Source: a virus
Length of the DNA: 64,000 nucleotides
Direction: 5' to 3' (one strand)
IMG/VR virus record: IMGVR_UViG_3300008113_000016
Span: 32,514-96,513 of that record
Shown here: in pieces, positions 48,956 through 59,896 of the stretch
Layout: each line of letters begins with the position of its first letter
Numbering within the stretch: position 1 is the first letter of the stretch
Program-made: the position numbers and the translations under genes
The notes under the pieces: generated by a model
What the model was told of the DNA's origin: nothing
What the model saw: the letters and a program-made list of their open reading frames with translations, nothing else
The model's database searches: none

Positions 48956-51900
48956 TTATTCGGATGCAACTGCTATGTCTGCATATCCTAGTATTCTTAG
49001 ATATGCAAATGTACTCATGAGTAACTCACGGGTATTACAAACGTCACATCCACAAAAGATATCATAGGTATTATAACCATCAGGAACTTCTTCATCCATC
49101 AATTGATTGTAAGCATTATTGAGATGATCAGTTACATATTCCTCAAGCATTATAGCATGTTCCTGCGTAATGTCAATTTTTAGCATATTCCCCAAATTTC
49201 CTGTGAAATTCCAGTGACTTTTTTCACATCATCGTAATGTTTATTTAGATTGGTTTTGAAAGTCGGCTGCATCGCCTGCTCTCGCAGGCAGATGACTAAT
49301 AAGCCTACTCTACTTCTGCAACTTTTTCTACAGTGTAAGGTTGGATTAACTCCAGGATGTTATCTAAGTTAATCTTAATTGGTGGCTCATTATGCTGATT
49401 AACAAAATCCTCTAACTGAATAAAGGTTTGCTCTAACTTTTCCTTACCCTTATCTGTAAGTGCTAGATCCCCGTCAATCAATCCATATGCATAAGGAAAT
49501 CCTAAATCGTTGGCAGCACAAAAGTATGCTACCTCTCCATCATAGCGATGGTTAAGCCATACCTTTGTAAGTGTGGCAGCCATCTGTGTAAACTCTTCGT
49601 TATTAATTTCTTCCATAGCCTAATTATACCGTCCTATTCTAACTCTGTCAAATCTACTGGCTCTTGTCCTTCAGGATTTCTGTAAGACCTGCCAGAGATG
49701 TAATTGTGGTATTCTTTCCACTCATCTAATCTATCATTCATATCATCTGAGAAGGCACGAGAGGTGTGCTGTGCCAACTCTGCTGGAGATAGCCTTCCGT
49801 CAAGGAATGCCTTCTCTAGGTGTTTGCTTGCCTCTTTTTCATTCATCATTGGATTGTATCATATTCCTCTCAGATTGTAAAGTTAAGAAATGGCTGCTTG
49901 CTCCCCCTCAGAAACAGCATACTTAGCGACTTGGGATAAACCCTCCGACAATAGCCGTACCAAGTTTAATTAATTAACGAGACTTGACTTTGGTACCCTT
50001 GCGAAGTGCACTGAGGGACACATTGTCAACGAACTTGCCATTCTTACGAATAACAACACGGTCTGATAGACCATAGCGTGTATCCCATTGTTCTAGGTAC
50101 GGGATCTGCTTTGCTTTCTTTGCCATATGCTTTCTGCCTTTCTAGACTAATTCAGTCTGTCGTGAGTAGTAATCGATGAACTGTTGAATAGATACTACGT
50201 TGCCTGCATCATTAACAGTATTGTTGGTGAGGTCAATCATGGTGTAATGATATTCCTCTTCGGTCCTATCCATTTGATTAACAAGGATGCCAAAACCTGT
50301 CTCGCTATCCCATGAATCACCGATGAGTTGAGATATCATGATTCGCAATGCATAAGGAGTATCTCCCATGGCAATACGACCCTGTGCTGCAGTAAGTGCA
50401 CGGGCTAAATCATAGTTCTTGGTATCTCCGCCCCAATGTGAATACAGTGTTACTGTATTGTCTTCATCTTGTTTAAAATGAAAATTAGTTCTTGCTCCCA
50501 CGATTAAACCTCTTCTTCTATGCTAGTAACTTCTAGTGGATACCAATCAAAGGCGTAAATTTCTACGTCTTCTTCACGCTCTATACGTTCAATCTCTTCA
50601 ATTGCTTCAGCCTCTGTTTCTGCCTCAATCTCAAAGTCGTATAACGTTTCTCGTTTTGCTTCTATCTTATACATTGGCATTGTAGTTTTCCAATCCTACT
50701 AGGGTAAGTTCCTGAATTGTAGCACACTCTGTGCATTTCTCCAAATCGTGTTCCTGAAAAGAATCTCTAATAAGATTATCAGGGTCCTCTAGTTCAGCAT
50801 GGCAACTTTCACAGAAATACCAATTAGAACTAACTTTGATTTGAATATCAGTATCTGCGGGGAAAGGGACCTCAGTGATAAAGTATCCTATTCGATTGAC
50901 AAAGTGCCAGCCTGACCAAATGTAAGAGCCACCGTCGTCACCATCACCATACATCCATATCTGACGCTCTGGAAAACATTTGACAAAGTTGACCTCATCT
51001 CCATATGTTTCCCACATGTAACCATCAAAAGATGCATTCTCATCGAAGGTATTCTTGATAGGCTTATAAGTCTCAAACCACTCATCGAAGTCCATCTCAA
51101 TAAACTTATTCACTGAGTTTCATCCTAACTATGTCATATGCATCAATACATCCAGCAGTATAGTCAACCATTGAGAACTCATTCTCAGATTCATATTGCT
51201 CACGCATTACAGTTAGTTCTTCTATCCTTAACTTAACAAAGGATAATAGTTCTTCAAGCATTTTGATACCTGTCTTTCATTTCGAGGAGGATAAGGTCCG
51301 TATACTCTACAGCACCTTCTAGGTAGTGGTATATTGTATCAGCACCGTCAACGGTTGTCAAACGCTCTTCTAATTCATTCTTAAGATTCTCAGTATAGCG
51401 AATGATCCCCTCAATCAAATCTACCGCAGTCTCTCGTTCACAGGGACCACAGCAAACATATTCGTCTTCGCTGTAAGGTACGGAGCAACCACAACTGTTG
51501 CACCAAGACTCATCATACATTCCCATTGTCTTCTCCTTGCTCATATGGTGGAACATTTACAGCAGGAGGTTCTGAGAAGAATAGATTGAAAGCAACCTCT
51601 AAGCCCTGAGCGTAGCCCATAGCCTCAGTTCTTTCCATAGACAACATAGCGTCTGAGAAACCATCTTGTTCTTCTTCTTGGGCAATCTCATTAAAATCTG
51701 CCCACGCTCTGTCAATTAGTTCTTGTAGTGCTTGTTTGAGGGTCTGTGTCATTGTTTTGCTTTCTAGTAGTGGAAATCAACTGGAACGATATATTGTAGC
51801 ATAGCCTTGTCAGGATTGTCAAGTCTCTCCATAAGATACTTCATATGGCTGGTATGCTCTACACAGTCAAAGAAATGGCTATCTGAGGTATAAAAGTCCA

Positions 51901-52300
51901 TGAGTGATTCGCAAGCGTTCTTAATGGTATAAGTATTCATGCTGAATCTCTGATTATCTGGAATACCACTATTTGAGATATAATCAACCATATCACTAAC
52001 AAACTTATCTGTGTTAATTTCCTTTAATGCACGATTCATGTTTTCAATACGCCAAGACTTAATTTGTTCAATAAGATTATTAAACTTATCTTTGTCAGTT
52101 GCATAGGATATAACTTGTGAATCATTAGGTGAGTATCCGTCTCCAATTGGATTCCAACGACCACCACCAACTACATGCCAGTCAGACCATTCTGGAAAAC
52201 TGTATCCAGTATCATCTGAAGGTTCTAGTAATGCTGAAACTTCTGAGAATGCTTCTTCTTTATCTGGGGCTTCTACTATAAAATAATGAAGCGTATGCAT
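48956..52300 (-). other. cluster of about 11 small hypothetical genes, probably early
   Basis: Tightly packed minus-strand ORFs with AAAGG/GAGG RBS, including 49974-50126 and 50504-50680 absent from the track. Confidence 0.7.
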
Positions 52301-52330
52301 GAGGGGTAACCTTTCTGTTGTGAGGCTCTA

Positions 52331-52352
52331 AGTATACCAAAAGCCACTGACA
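52331..52352 (-). promoter_or_regulatory. PafBC/RecA-NDp-type promoter
   Basis: TGTCAG-TGGCTTTTGG-TATACT. Confidence 0.7.
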
Positions 52353-52430
52353 AATGCAATTCCCGTGACTTTTTTGCTTACCCCGTAATAGTGAGATTGA
52401 TCACATATCCCACCCGCCCTGCATTTCTTG

Positions 52431-52506
52431 CGATTCCGATGGGATTTGAACCCACGATCTCTACAGTGACAGTGTAGCGATTTAAACCAGACTAATCTAC
52501 GGAACC
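52431..52506 (-). tRNA. tRNA-Asp(GUC)
   Basis: Reverse complement GGTTCCG...CTACA-CTGTCAC-TGTAG...GGTTCAAATCC...CGGAATCG. Confidence 0.92.
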
Positions 52507-52512
52507 AAATGG

Positions 52513-52541
52513 TGAGCAGTTTTAAATCTTGCTCAGGATTT
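52513..52541 (-). ncRNA. H-type pseudoknot repeat, copy 1
   Basis: AAAUC-CUGAGCAA-GAUUU-AAAAC-UGCUCA. Confidence 0.6.
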
Positions 52542-52546
52542 TTTAG

Positions 52547-53557
52547 TTATGCGCTAACTAAAGTCTGCACAACTTTTAGCAGACGATTTTTTTCTGCATT
52601 GACCTGTGGGTCAAAACCAGAAGCAGCAGCAAGAATGCTTTCGTTGTTTCCACCACGAGCAGTGCGGAACCAATCAAGGCGTTCTGTGAGAGCGTTAAAC
52701 GCACCCCAAGCATTACCAGCAATCATTCCGTTAAATTGCCCTGTGTAAATATCGTTGATAATATCAACTTTATTTTCCCACTTCTTAAGCGCACCCTTTG
52801 TATCCTTCTCAGGCTTTGGGTAAGCAGCAAGAATAATCTTGTTAAAGTCTTGTGCGGTGATTTCCTTCTCAATCATAGCCTTAGCCATTTTATCGAATTC
52901 GTCCATATAGACATTAGCAAGACCAAGAGCCTCACGAGCAGCAACTACCTTGCCCTCTGCGGTCTGAGTGTGGCGTATCTTGAAAGATTGCTTTACGCCG
53001 TTCTTCTTCTTAATTGAATTAAGAGCAAGATTGAGAGTGTTAGCGCACACTACACGAACAGGTGTAATGCTTGCTTGAATTGCAACAGAACCGTCGTGTG
53101 ATGTGTTGATGAGCAAATAAGTCTTTACAACATCTGCAACACCGTTAGGGTCTAGAACAGTTTCACGCTCTAGTGCAATAGAACCGAAAACCACTTTACC
53201 CTTTTTGATTGAGCCAGCAGTTTCCCAACGACCTCCACCGTCGATGATGTTATCACCAAATGAGAATAAATCTTCATTCTGTAGTGGAACATAACGCTCA
53301 CCAACAACGCCAAGAATATCTGTGCCGTTGTCATATGGATTGGTGCGTGTAACCATAAATGAATTAGAAGCCTTACGATACCCGTCAGGGATAATCATAT
53401 CTTCTAACTTAACATTCCAGTTATTTAGTTTTGCTAGTGATAGCATTTCTGATGTATTTACTTCTTCTGTAAATACTGTGCCTAAACCGTGCCAAGCAGG
53501 TTCTCTGAATGAAGCGAAAGATGTTTCGCCGTTTTGTTGCTCTAAATCGTGAGCCAT
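52547..53557 (-). CDS. DUF932/DUF945 (TIGR03299-type) phage/plasmid protein
   Basis: PAWHGLG, Y..LQN, ETAGS...G, YLL..TSHDGS, RVVCANTL, RHT. Confidence 0.88.
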   Translation of the reverse strand: MAHDLEQQNGETSFASFREPAWHGLGTVFTEEVNTSEMLSLAKLNNWNVKLEDMIIPDGYRKASNSFMVTRTNPYDNGTDILGVVGERYVPLQNEDLFSFGDNIIDGGGRWETAGSIKKGKVVFGSIALERETVLDPNGVADVVKTYLLINTSHDGSVAIQASITPVRVVCANTLNLALNSIKKKNGVKQSFKIRHTQTAEGKVVAAREALGLANVYMDEFDKMAKAMIEKEITAQDFNKIILAAYPKPEKDTKGALKKWENKVDIINDIYTGQFNGMIAGNAWGAFNALTERLDWFRTARGGNNESILAAASGFDPQVNAEKNRLLKVVQTLVSA

Positions 53558-53586
53558 TTTTTTCCTTTCGATTGGTTGATGGTGCA

Positions 53587-53608
53587 ATTATAGCAGTCTG
53601 GGCTGACA
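53587..53608 (-). promoter_or_regulatory. PafBC/RecA-NDp-type promoter
   Basis: TGTCAG-CCCAGACTGC-TATAAT. Confidence 0.7.
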
Positions 53609-53687
53609 TATGTCAAATCGTCCTGTGAAAAATGTCCGATTTGCGTAATGCTATCTTATATAGTGAGACGGGGGCGGGTTGGAAAAG

Positions 53688-53771
53688 GGACAGTTTAAAC
53701 ACATGTCCAGGTGATGATCCAAGAAAATGACAATAAACTTGGATGGACCTTTTAACATCGTGTCCAGGATG
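53688..53771 (-). ncRNA. two tandem H-type pseudoknots separated by a hairpin
   Basis: CAUC-CUGGACAC-GAUG..GUCCA; AUCCAAG/CUUGGAU; CAC-CUGGACAU-GUG..UGUCC. Confidence 0.6.
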
Positions 53772-53793
53772 ATTAGATAGCCCCTACCTAAAT

Positions 53794-54270
53794 TTAAGAG
53801 GAAGCCCGTGCACTGTCCAAGGACCAATCATGAATCTCAACGTTTCCATTGCTAGATTCAATTGAAATCTCATCTTGCATTACCCAATCAATATCGAAGT
53901 CTTCAACTTCATCGAATGGTACTGAGACTGTTCCTGTAACTGTAAACGTTGCAGTGAATTCAATTTCCTTGGAAGGATTAATTCCAAAGTACTCGCATAG
54001 TTCACGCAGCACGTCGTCCTTATCATAGTTTGGGTTAGACCATTCCATGATGTGTTCATCAAGACCGTTAATCTTATCCTGCAGAACTGCATTATGCTTT
54101 GACGCTTGTCGTGCATTGTGTAGTTCCCATTCAATATTGCGTACCTTATCGATAGTATACTCAGGGTCTGAGTATCCATGAATCACCTTGTACGAGATGA
54201 GTGTGTCTGGGTTGTAAGGTACTGACAGTTCTTCTTCTGTCTTATATGTTTGTAGCGACATAAGGGGCAT
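53794..54270 (-). CDS. hypothetical protein
   Basis: 158-aa ORF downstream of a PafBC-type promoter (54298-54319). Confidence 0.65.
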   Translation of the reverse strand: MPLMSLQTYKTEEELSVPYNPDTLISYKVIHGYSDPEYTIDKVRNIEWELHNARQASKHNAVLQDKINGLDEHIMEWSNPNYDKDDVLRELCEYFGINPSKEIEFTATFTVTGTVSVPFDEVEDFDIDWVMQDEISIESSNGNVEIHDWSLDSARASS

Positions 54271-54480
54271 TCTTCTTTCTAGTAGGTTAGGGTCCTAATT
54301 ATACACGAACCCAGTGACATTTTCAACTTGTACCTTAATGAATGTGAGGAATATCACAAAAAGTCGGGCGCAGCATTTGCTGCGCTAACTAAATTAATTT
54401 ATCATGAAATCCAATCACCAATCAAAATTAAAAATAAAATAAAAAATGATAATCCAATTATTACACTTGCCATGTTAACC

Positions 54481-55200
54481 TCACTTCTTACTAGAGGAGA
54501 AGATTATATCAGATTTATTGAAGACGCACAAGGAGCAGGTTACACAAGCAGAACCCTCTTTGCTAATCAGTGGAATAGCCTTTTTATTTTCAGGACACTT
54601 TGCTCCAGGCTTTCCGATAATTTCTTTTAGAGTGCTTTGACCAATAGCAAAATTTTGTGCAAGGTATGCCATTTTAATACCATAAGTCAATTTAAGATCT
54701 GTTGCCTCTTTGATATTCTCACTGTCTGCAGAATAATATAATGAGAGATTATCTATATCCTTAAGCATAATTGCAGCAGACTTTACACGAGTATATACCC
54801 AGAATTGAATATCAGGATGATTTAAGATAATATGCTTCCAGGCGAAGGCATAATCGTCGCTAAAGAAATCTCCGTCCCAGTGGATACGGAATAACTTTTC
54901 AGCATTGCGCTTTTCACAATCCTTTTTGAAATCTGCAATCATCTCTTCAAGCAGCAATTCCATTGTGTCGTGGTCTGCGTCTTTTAGCAAATTCCAATTG
55001 TTAAGTAGATTATCTCTTACGCCCTTATATATCTTTTCTAGTTTTCCTGCGTAGCAGACTTTCTTACATATAGAGGTTTCACCAGGGCACGAGTAAGCCT
55101 TGCCACTAGGCAATCCAAAAGTGTTGGCAATTGTTGGGGTTTTTCCATTAGGGGAGACGGCATTAGTAACTTTCCTATCTTTAGAACGAATGAGGGGCAT
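54481..55200 (-). CDS. Gp88-family (radical-SAM-related) protein
   Basis: F.LP....CPG....C...CYA, FRIHWDGDF, FWVYTR, C..C.LC. Confidence 0.75.
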   Translation of the reverse strand: MPLIRSKDRKVTNAVSPNGKTPTIANTFGLPSGKAYSCPGETSICKKVCYAGKLEKIYKGVRDNLLNNWNLLKDADHDTMELLLEEMIADFKKDCEKRNAEKLFRIHWDGDFFSDDYAFAWKHIILNHPDIQFWVYTRVKSAAIMLKDIDNLSLYYSADSENIKEATDLKLTYGIKMAYLAQNFAIGQSTLKEIIGKPGAKCPENKKAIPLISKEGSACVTCSLCVFNKSDIIFSSSKK

Positions 55201-55215
55201 TTAGTGTTCCTTTCT

Positions 55216-55353
55216 TTAGCGATATTCTACCATACGGGACTGACGATGTTTTACCTTGCGAGAATAAGCCTTTTTAGACTTTACATAGGTAGCAGCATTA
55301 GACCTACGGAGATCCATAAGTTTTCGCAATTCTTCCTCAGTCTTTTTTCGCAT
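55216..55353 (-). CDS. 45-aa basic leaderless protein (not in ORF track)
   Basis: MRKKTEEELRKLMDLRRSNAATYVKSKKAYSRKVKHRQSRMVEYR; ATG 6 nt after TATACT. Confidence 0.6.
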   Translation of the reverse strand: MRKKTEEELRKLMDLRRSNAATYVKSKKAYSRKVKHRQSRMVEYR

Positions 55354-55531
55354 ATTGCAAGTATAGCAAATTTATCAGACATTAGCAAATCAAAACGCTG
55401 TGATAAATCTCACATGGTTTTAATGCTGTGGATAACCTGTGGATAAACCCGCCCGCATTTTTATGCATAGCAATTTATAAAAATACATTTTTTATTTTTG
55501 ATCCAAATAAAAAAAATAAATAAAAAAATGT

Positions 55532-55559
55532 TGAGCAGTTTTGCGACTTACTCAGGTCG
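55532..55559 (-). ncRNA. H-type pseudoknot repeat
   Basis: CGAC-CUGAGUAA-GUCG-CAAAAC-UGCUCA, followed by U-tract. Confidence 0.6.
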
Positions 55560-55585
55560 TTTTGTTTTAGCGTTGTGCTAAACTA

Positions 55586-56011
55586 TTACAAATAACGAGC
55601 AATAGCGTTGTATGTAGAAGTATTTACAACTTCCTCATCTGTCATTTTGAGGATACGAATTGCGTTCGTGATTTCCTCTTTTTGCTCGTTGTAAGTGTGG
55701 GTGTGAATTACCTCAAAATCCTTTTCAGGTTCTTGTGGGAAATCTCCCTGCTTTACTACAATGTCAAAATCAACATTGAGGTTGTTGTTCCAAGAACGAT
55801 AGTTAGTGCGAAGGTTCTCAGCCTTTGAGAAGTTCTCAATAGCCCATTTACCAACTTCCTTGCGCCACTTTTCCATAGCCTTAGTGTGCTTGGCTTCGTT
55901 TTCGCCTTGTGTAGCGTAGTTCTTTTCTAACTCAGCAAGGCGTGTTTCTAGTGCCTTGATTACTTTAGGGGTAGCGATTTTCACGCTAATAGATTTTCCG
56001 TTTCTAGCCAT
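55586..56011 (-). CDS. hypothetical protein
   Basis: Start MARNGK after AAAGGA; promoter at 56051-56072. Confidence 0.7.
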   Translation of the reverse strand: MARNGKSISVKIATPKVIKALETRLAELEKNYATQGENEAKHTKAMEKWRKEVGKWAIENFSKAENLRTNYRSWNNNLNVDFDIVVKQGDFPQEPEKDFEVIHTHTYNEQKEEITNAIRILKMTDEEVVNTSTYNAIARYL

Positions 56012-56476
56012 TTTGTTTCCTTTTCTGTTGAGGGTTTGTCTTGTAGGGGTATTATAGCAGGGGCTACTGACAAGCAATAACCCCTGCTAATCTTATTAGT
56101 CTAGGGCTTCTGAATAGCAAGCGTCATAGAAACGCTTACTATCGAAGTTAGGGTTATCACTCTCAAAATAAGCACAGAACTCGTCAATGAGTTCCTCAAA
56201 TACAATTTGAGGGATTTCGTCTTTGTATGTGCTAAGGATTTCAGCCGTTGCCACATAGTCTTTGCGTGTCATCATTTTATTAGTTTGCCTTTCTTGTGCG
56301 ATAGTATTTGTAAGCCTTGTAACCTGCGTATGCTAATCCTGTTAGCAATACTGCGTTAGGTATGTTTATGTCAATCCATAATAGATTATCTACTTGGAAA
56401 GAAATCCACCAATTATTGCTTATCTCAAATAATACTTTGTTATCCATTTTTACCTGTCCTTTTCTTTTTTGTTAGT

Positions 56477-56504
56477 TGAGCCTTTTAGACACTTGCTCAG
56501 GTGT
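56477..56504 (-). ncRNA. H-type pseudoknot repeat
   Basis: ACAC-CUGAGCAA-GUGU-CUAAAAG-GCUCA. Confidence 0.6.
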
Positions 56505-59357
56505 GTGGATAATTACTTATCCAAATCCTCAACTGACACAGTTGTCCAACGCTCTCCCTTTGGAGTAGTTAGTCGAACTCTCACCGAGCCAGATGAGTTA
56601 GATACGATTTCCTCAATCGTTCCTGTAACGCCACTTTTTAGAGTTGTGAATAAATCGCCAACCTTGTAAGTGTTTCCATTTACTGACATTATTGCTTCCC
56701 TTCGTTTGTTGTTTGTAGGCTTATTGTATCAGGTGCTACTGACAAATTACAGAGCACCCTCTTGGAACAGCCCAATTTCCAAATCTAGTTTTTCATTTTC
56801 GGTGGCTTCGGATAAATCTACCCAACCAGCACCATTTTCATCTATTCTAAAAATCTCTACATAACCCATTTGGTTTGTCCTTTCTGTATGTAGCAATTAT
56901 AGCAAAATCTTGGAGGCAAATCAAATCCAAAACGAAATAATCTCACATTTTGATACAAAATCCCTGTGATAAAAATCACACGGATCTTACTTGACTTACT
57001 GGCGAGTAGGGGGGCGGGTTTAGTTGAAACTTCAACTATATATTGCGATGATCCATCCCACTGTAATTAAAATAAATAAAATAACATCTAACAATTTTGC
57101 ATTAACCAATCGTCTTCAGGATAATATTTTGCTAACGTTTCATCGCTGTAGCATGCATGACACAATTGAATGTCGTCGTCAATTGGTCCTTCCATCCACA
57201 TTTTATTAGTACAATTTAAGCAAGTTTCATTCATACTCTTCTCCCTCTACTGGGTCGATGAACCATTGCAAGTGGTGCTGCTCTACAATTGCGTGTGCAG
57301 GTGCTTGCGTTGAACCTTTATAAGTAATTTGAAAATCACCAACCATTGGCATTTCAATCATACGATTATAATCTTCATCGTAGAATGCGTCAATTGCTTC
57401 AATACAAGGTTGAACCATTTCTGCGGGAACGGGTGGATAGTGATTACCCTTCAAGTGATAGAGTAATTGTGTTTCTAAGTCTAGAACGCTATCTGCTAAT
57501 CCAATTGCTGTAACTGATCCCATTATTATTTCTCCTCTATATCTGATACATAAACATCATTTTTATTTAGTAATCCGTATTTGATATTGCTATCAAACAT
57601 TTCAATAGCAGCGTCATAGTCCTCTGCTTCAACATTTATAAAACAAGTAAATTCAAACAGGGGCATTATTTCACGCTCACATTTCCATTAGTGTAGAAAG
57701 TCTTAGTATACATTTTACCCGTAGGGTCTGACAGGTTATAGGTTGCGTATTCTTTTGCGTCTCCATAATCAACGCACTTAGTCCAAGCGTCTACTGCTTC
57801 TAGTAAATCGCTAACACGCAAAGTATTTACAAGGCTTCCGTCATAGGAAGTAGTTAGAGAGTAATTGTATTCCATTATTACTCACCAACCTTTACTGCTA
57901 CTGTGCGATAAGTATTCTTGAACCCATACTGAGGCTTTACCTCTACAAGGTAAGAGTCGCAACCTTCATACCAAACTGCGTGAGGGTGCTTTTCTGCGGA
58001 GACAATTTCTCCACTTACTGAACGGGATACATAGCGTGTGCCTACAAGTAGGCTTTCGATAGAATAAACATTTGCTGACATTATTTAGTCTCACTTTCTT
58101 TTGTTGTTGATACGGACATTGTAGCAGATAGAACTGACAAGGCTTCTGCCTTGCTTGCTTGACGGGTGGCGATTACATACGCCTTGAATTCGTCTAGGTT
58201 CATTTTTGACCTTCTTTCGTTGTTGTTATAGTAGCAAGTATACCAAAATAGTCTGACATTATCAAATCCAAATTCGGACATTTGGGACACTTTCCGTGTG
58301 ATAAATCTCACACTCGTAAATCCAGTGATAAATCTCACATCGTACATAAAGGTGCAAAACGGACATTTTGCCCCCGCCCGTTTTTTATGCAGATCGTCGC
58401 ATTTTTATAAATTACAAAATTAATTTTTTAATTTAGCAATTATTTTTTCTGCTTCTAATTTTGTAATTATTTCATCTGCGAAAGCAATTGAAATTTCTGT
58501 TTGCTGTTTTTCTGTAAGCGATGCCCACAAATAACCAAGCAAATAGTGTGTGCCACTATCTACATTACCATTACGAATTTTTGTAGACATTTCTTTTACT
58601 TCTTGTAGCAATTCCATATTAGCCATTTAGCCACTCCTCTCCAGAAAAATCACTTTCCATTTGTGATAAATCTTCATCAGTAGGTGTAAAGAAATCCTCA
58701 AAATCTTCTTCTACTTCAGGGGTAGTAAAGAGAGAGGCATTATCTTCATAGTAGTTATCCCAAGAGTATTTTGGGGCTTCCCAAGACATTGTGTAAGTCA
58801 TTATTTATTCTCCATTTCTTTTACGCAATCACAAGGCTCACAATCATAGTCATTTTCGTTACCCCAAAAGATAACGCCTTGACCATTACATTCATCACAA
58901 TCAAAACGCATTAGAAAGTTTATCATTGAGAAACCTTCCAATCTCTCCACATTGGGAGGCGTTCAGGGTCAGTATCATCATACCAACGCTCTATGTTATT
59001 TTCACAAACTTCGCAGAATGTGAATTGGTCATCTCCTACCATTGAGATAGCAGACTTATTAGGTGTGTGAGATTTACACACTTCGTTTATTGTTAATGTA
59101 GTCATTTTGACCACCTTTCTTTAATTTCTAATACTAGTATCCTAACAGATACCACTGACAAATTGAGGTCTTATTTGCTTAGGCTCACTGTGATTTATCT
59201 CACATTTATTTGCTAAGGCTCATACCTTGCTTCTTTATTTAATTTTTCTTATACGGGAAGTATAGCACAAGGAAACGGAAAAGTCAAGTCCAGACACGGA
59301 CAAAACGGACATTTTTAATGTGATGTTCGTCACAGAGGGCGGGTGATCCAAGGCGGG

Positions 59358-59388
59358 TTTTTTTGCTAACCTTTCGATTAGCAAAAAA
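59358..59388. terminator. bidirectional terminator-like palindrome
   Basis: TTTTTTGCTAA...TTAGCAAAAAA. Confidence 0.55.
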
Positions 59389-59896
59389 CTTTTTTAGTTT
59401 TCGATAACTTCTAAAACTTCAAAAGCATTAAACTTTTCTAATTCATCATCAGAAAGTTTTGCAAATACTTTATTTAGATTGAATACTGCTTGCAAATCTG
59501 AATCTGCATCAGTAACGAAACTAATCAAAACATTTTTTTTCATTTATATTCTCCTTTCGAGATAAGTTCATCTAGCATTTTTGCTAGTGGGTCTATTGGC
59601 TCGTCTGCCAAATAGTTTTCTAATTCTAATTGTTTTACGAAATCTATCATTGTTTATTTATCCTTTCTTATTCTTAGCAATAAACTAATTCTGTAGAGTA
59701 TGAGTATGTCATTGACTCTCTGTCAAAGTAAGCCCACATTTCTTGTGTCTTGTGAGACTTATCTACGGAACAGAACCTGTCCCAACTATCACCTGTCCAT
59801 TGGCAGGATAGGCACTTACTTACTTGATGTGATAATACTTTTGTCATTTTCTGACCTTTCTAGTTTAGAGACCTTCTCTAACTTTCTAATACTGGA

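Larger units (their letters stand above)
56096..59650 (-). other. cluster of many very small hypothetical genes interleaved with promoter modules
   Basis: ORFs of 30-100 aa (e.g. 56513-56689, 57227-57523, 57666-57875, 57878-58081, 58420-58626, 58619-58801, 58923-59114). Confidence 0.65.

Noticed and set aside
52513-56504. Pseudoknot repeats as a CRISPR array or hammerhead ribozymes
   Set aside because: Dispersed and divergent with no regular spacers; lack the CUGAUGA/GAAA three-stem core
56896-56924. Twelfth PafBC-type promoter
   Set aside because: No TGTCAG at N10; it fits TTGATT-N17-TATAAT instead
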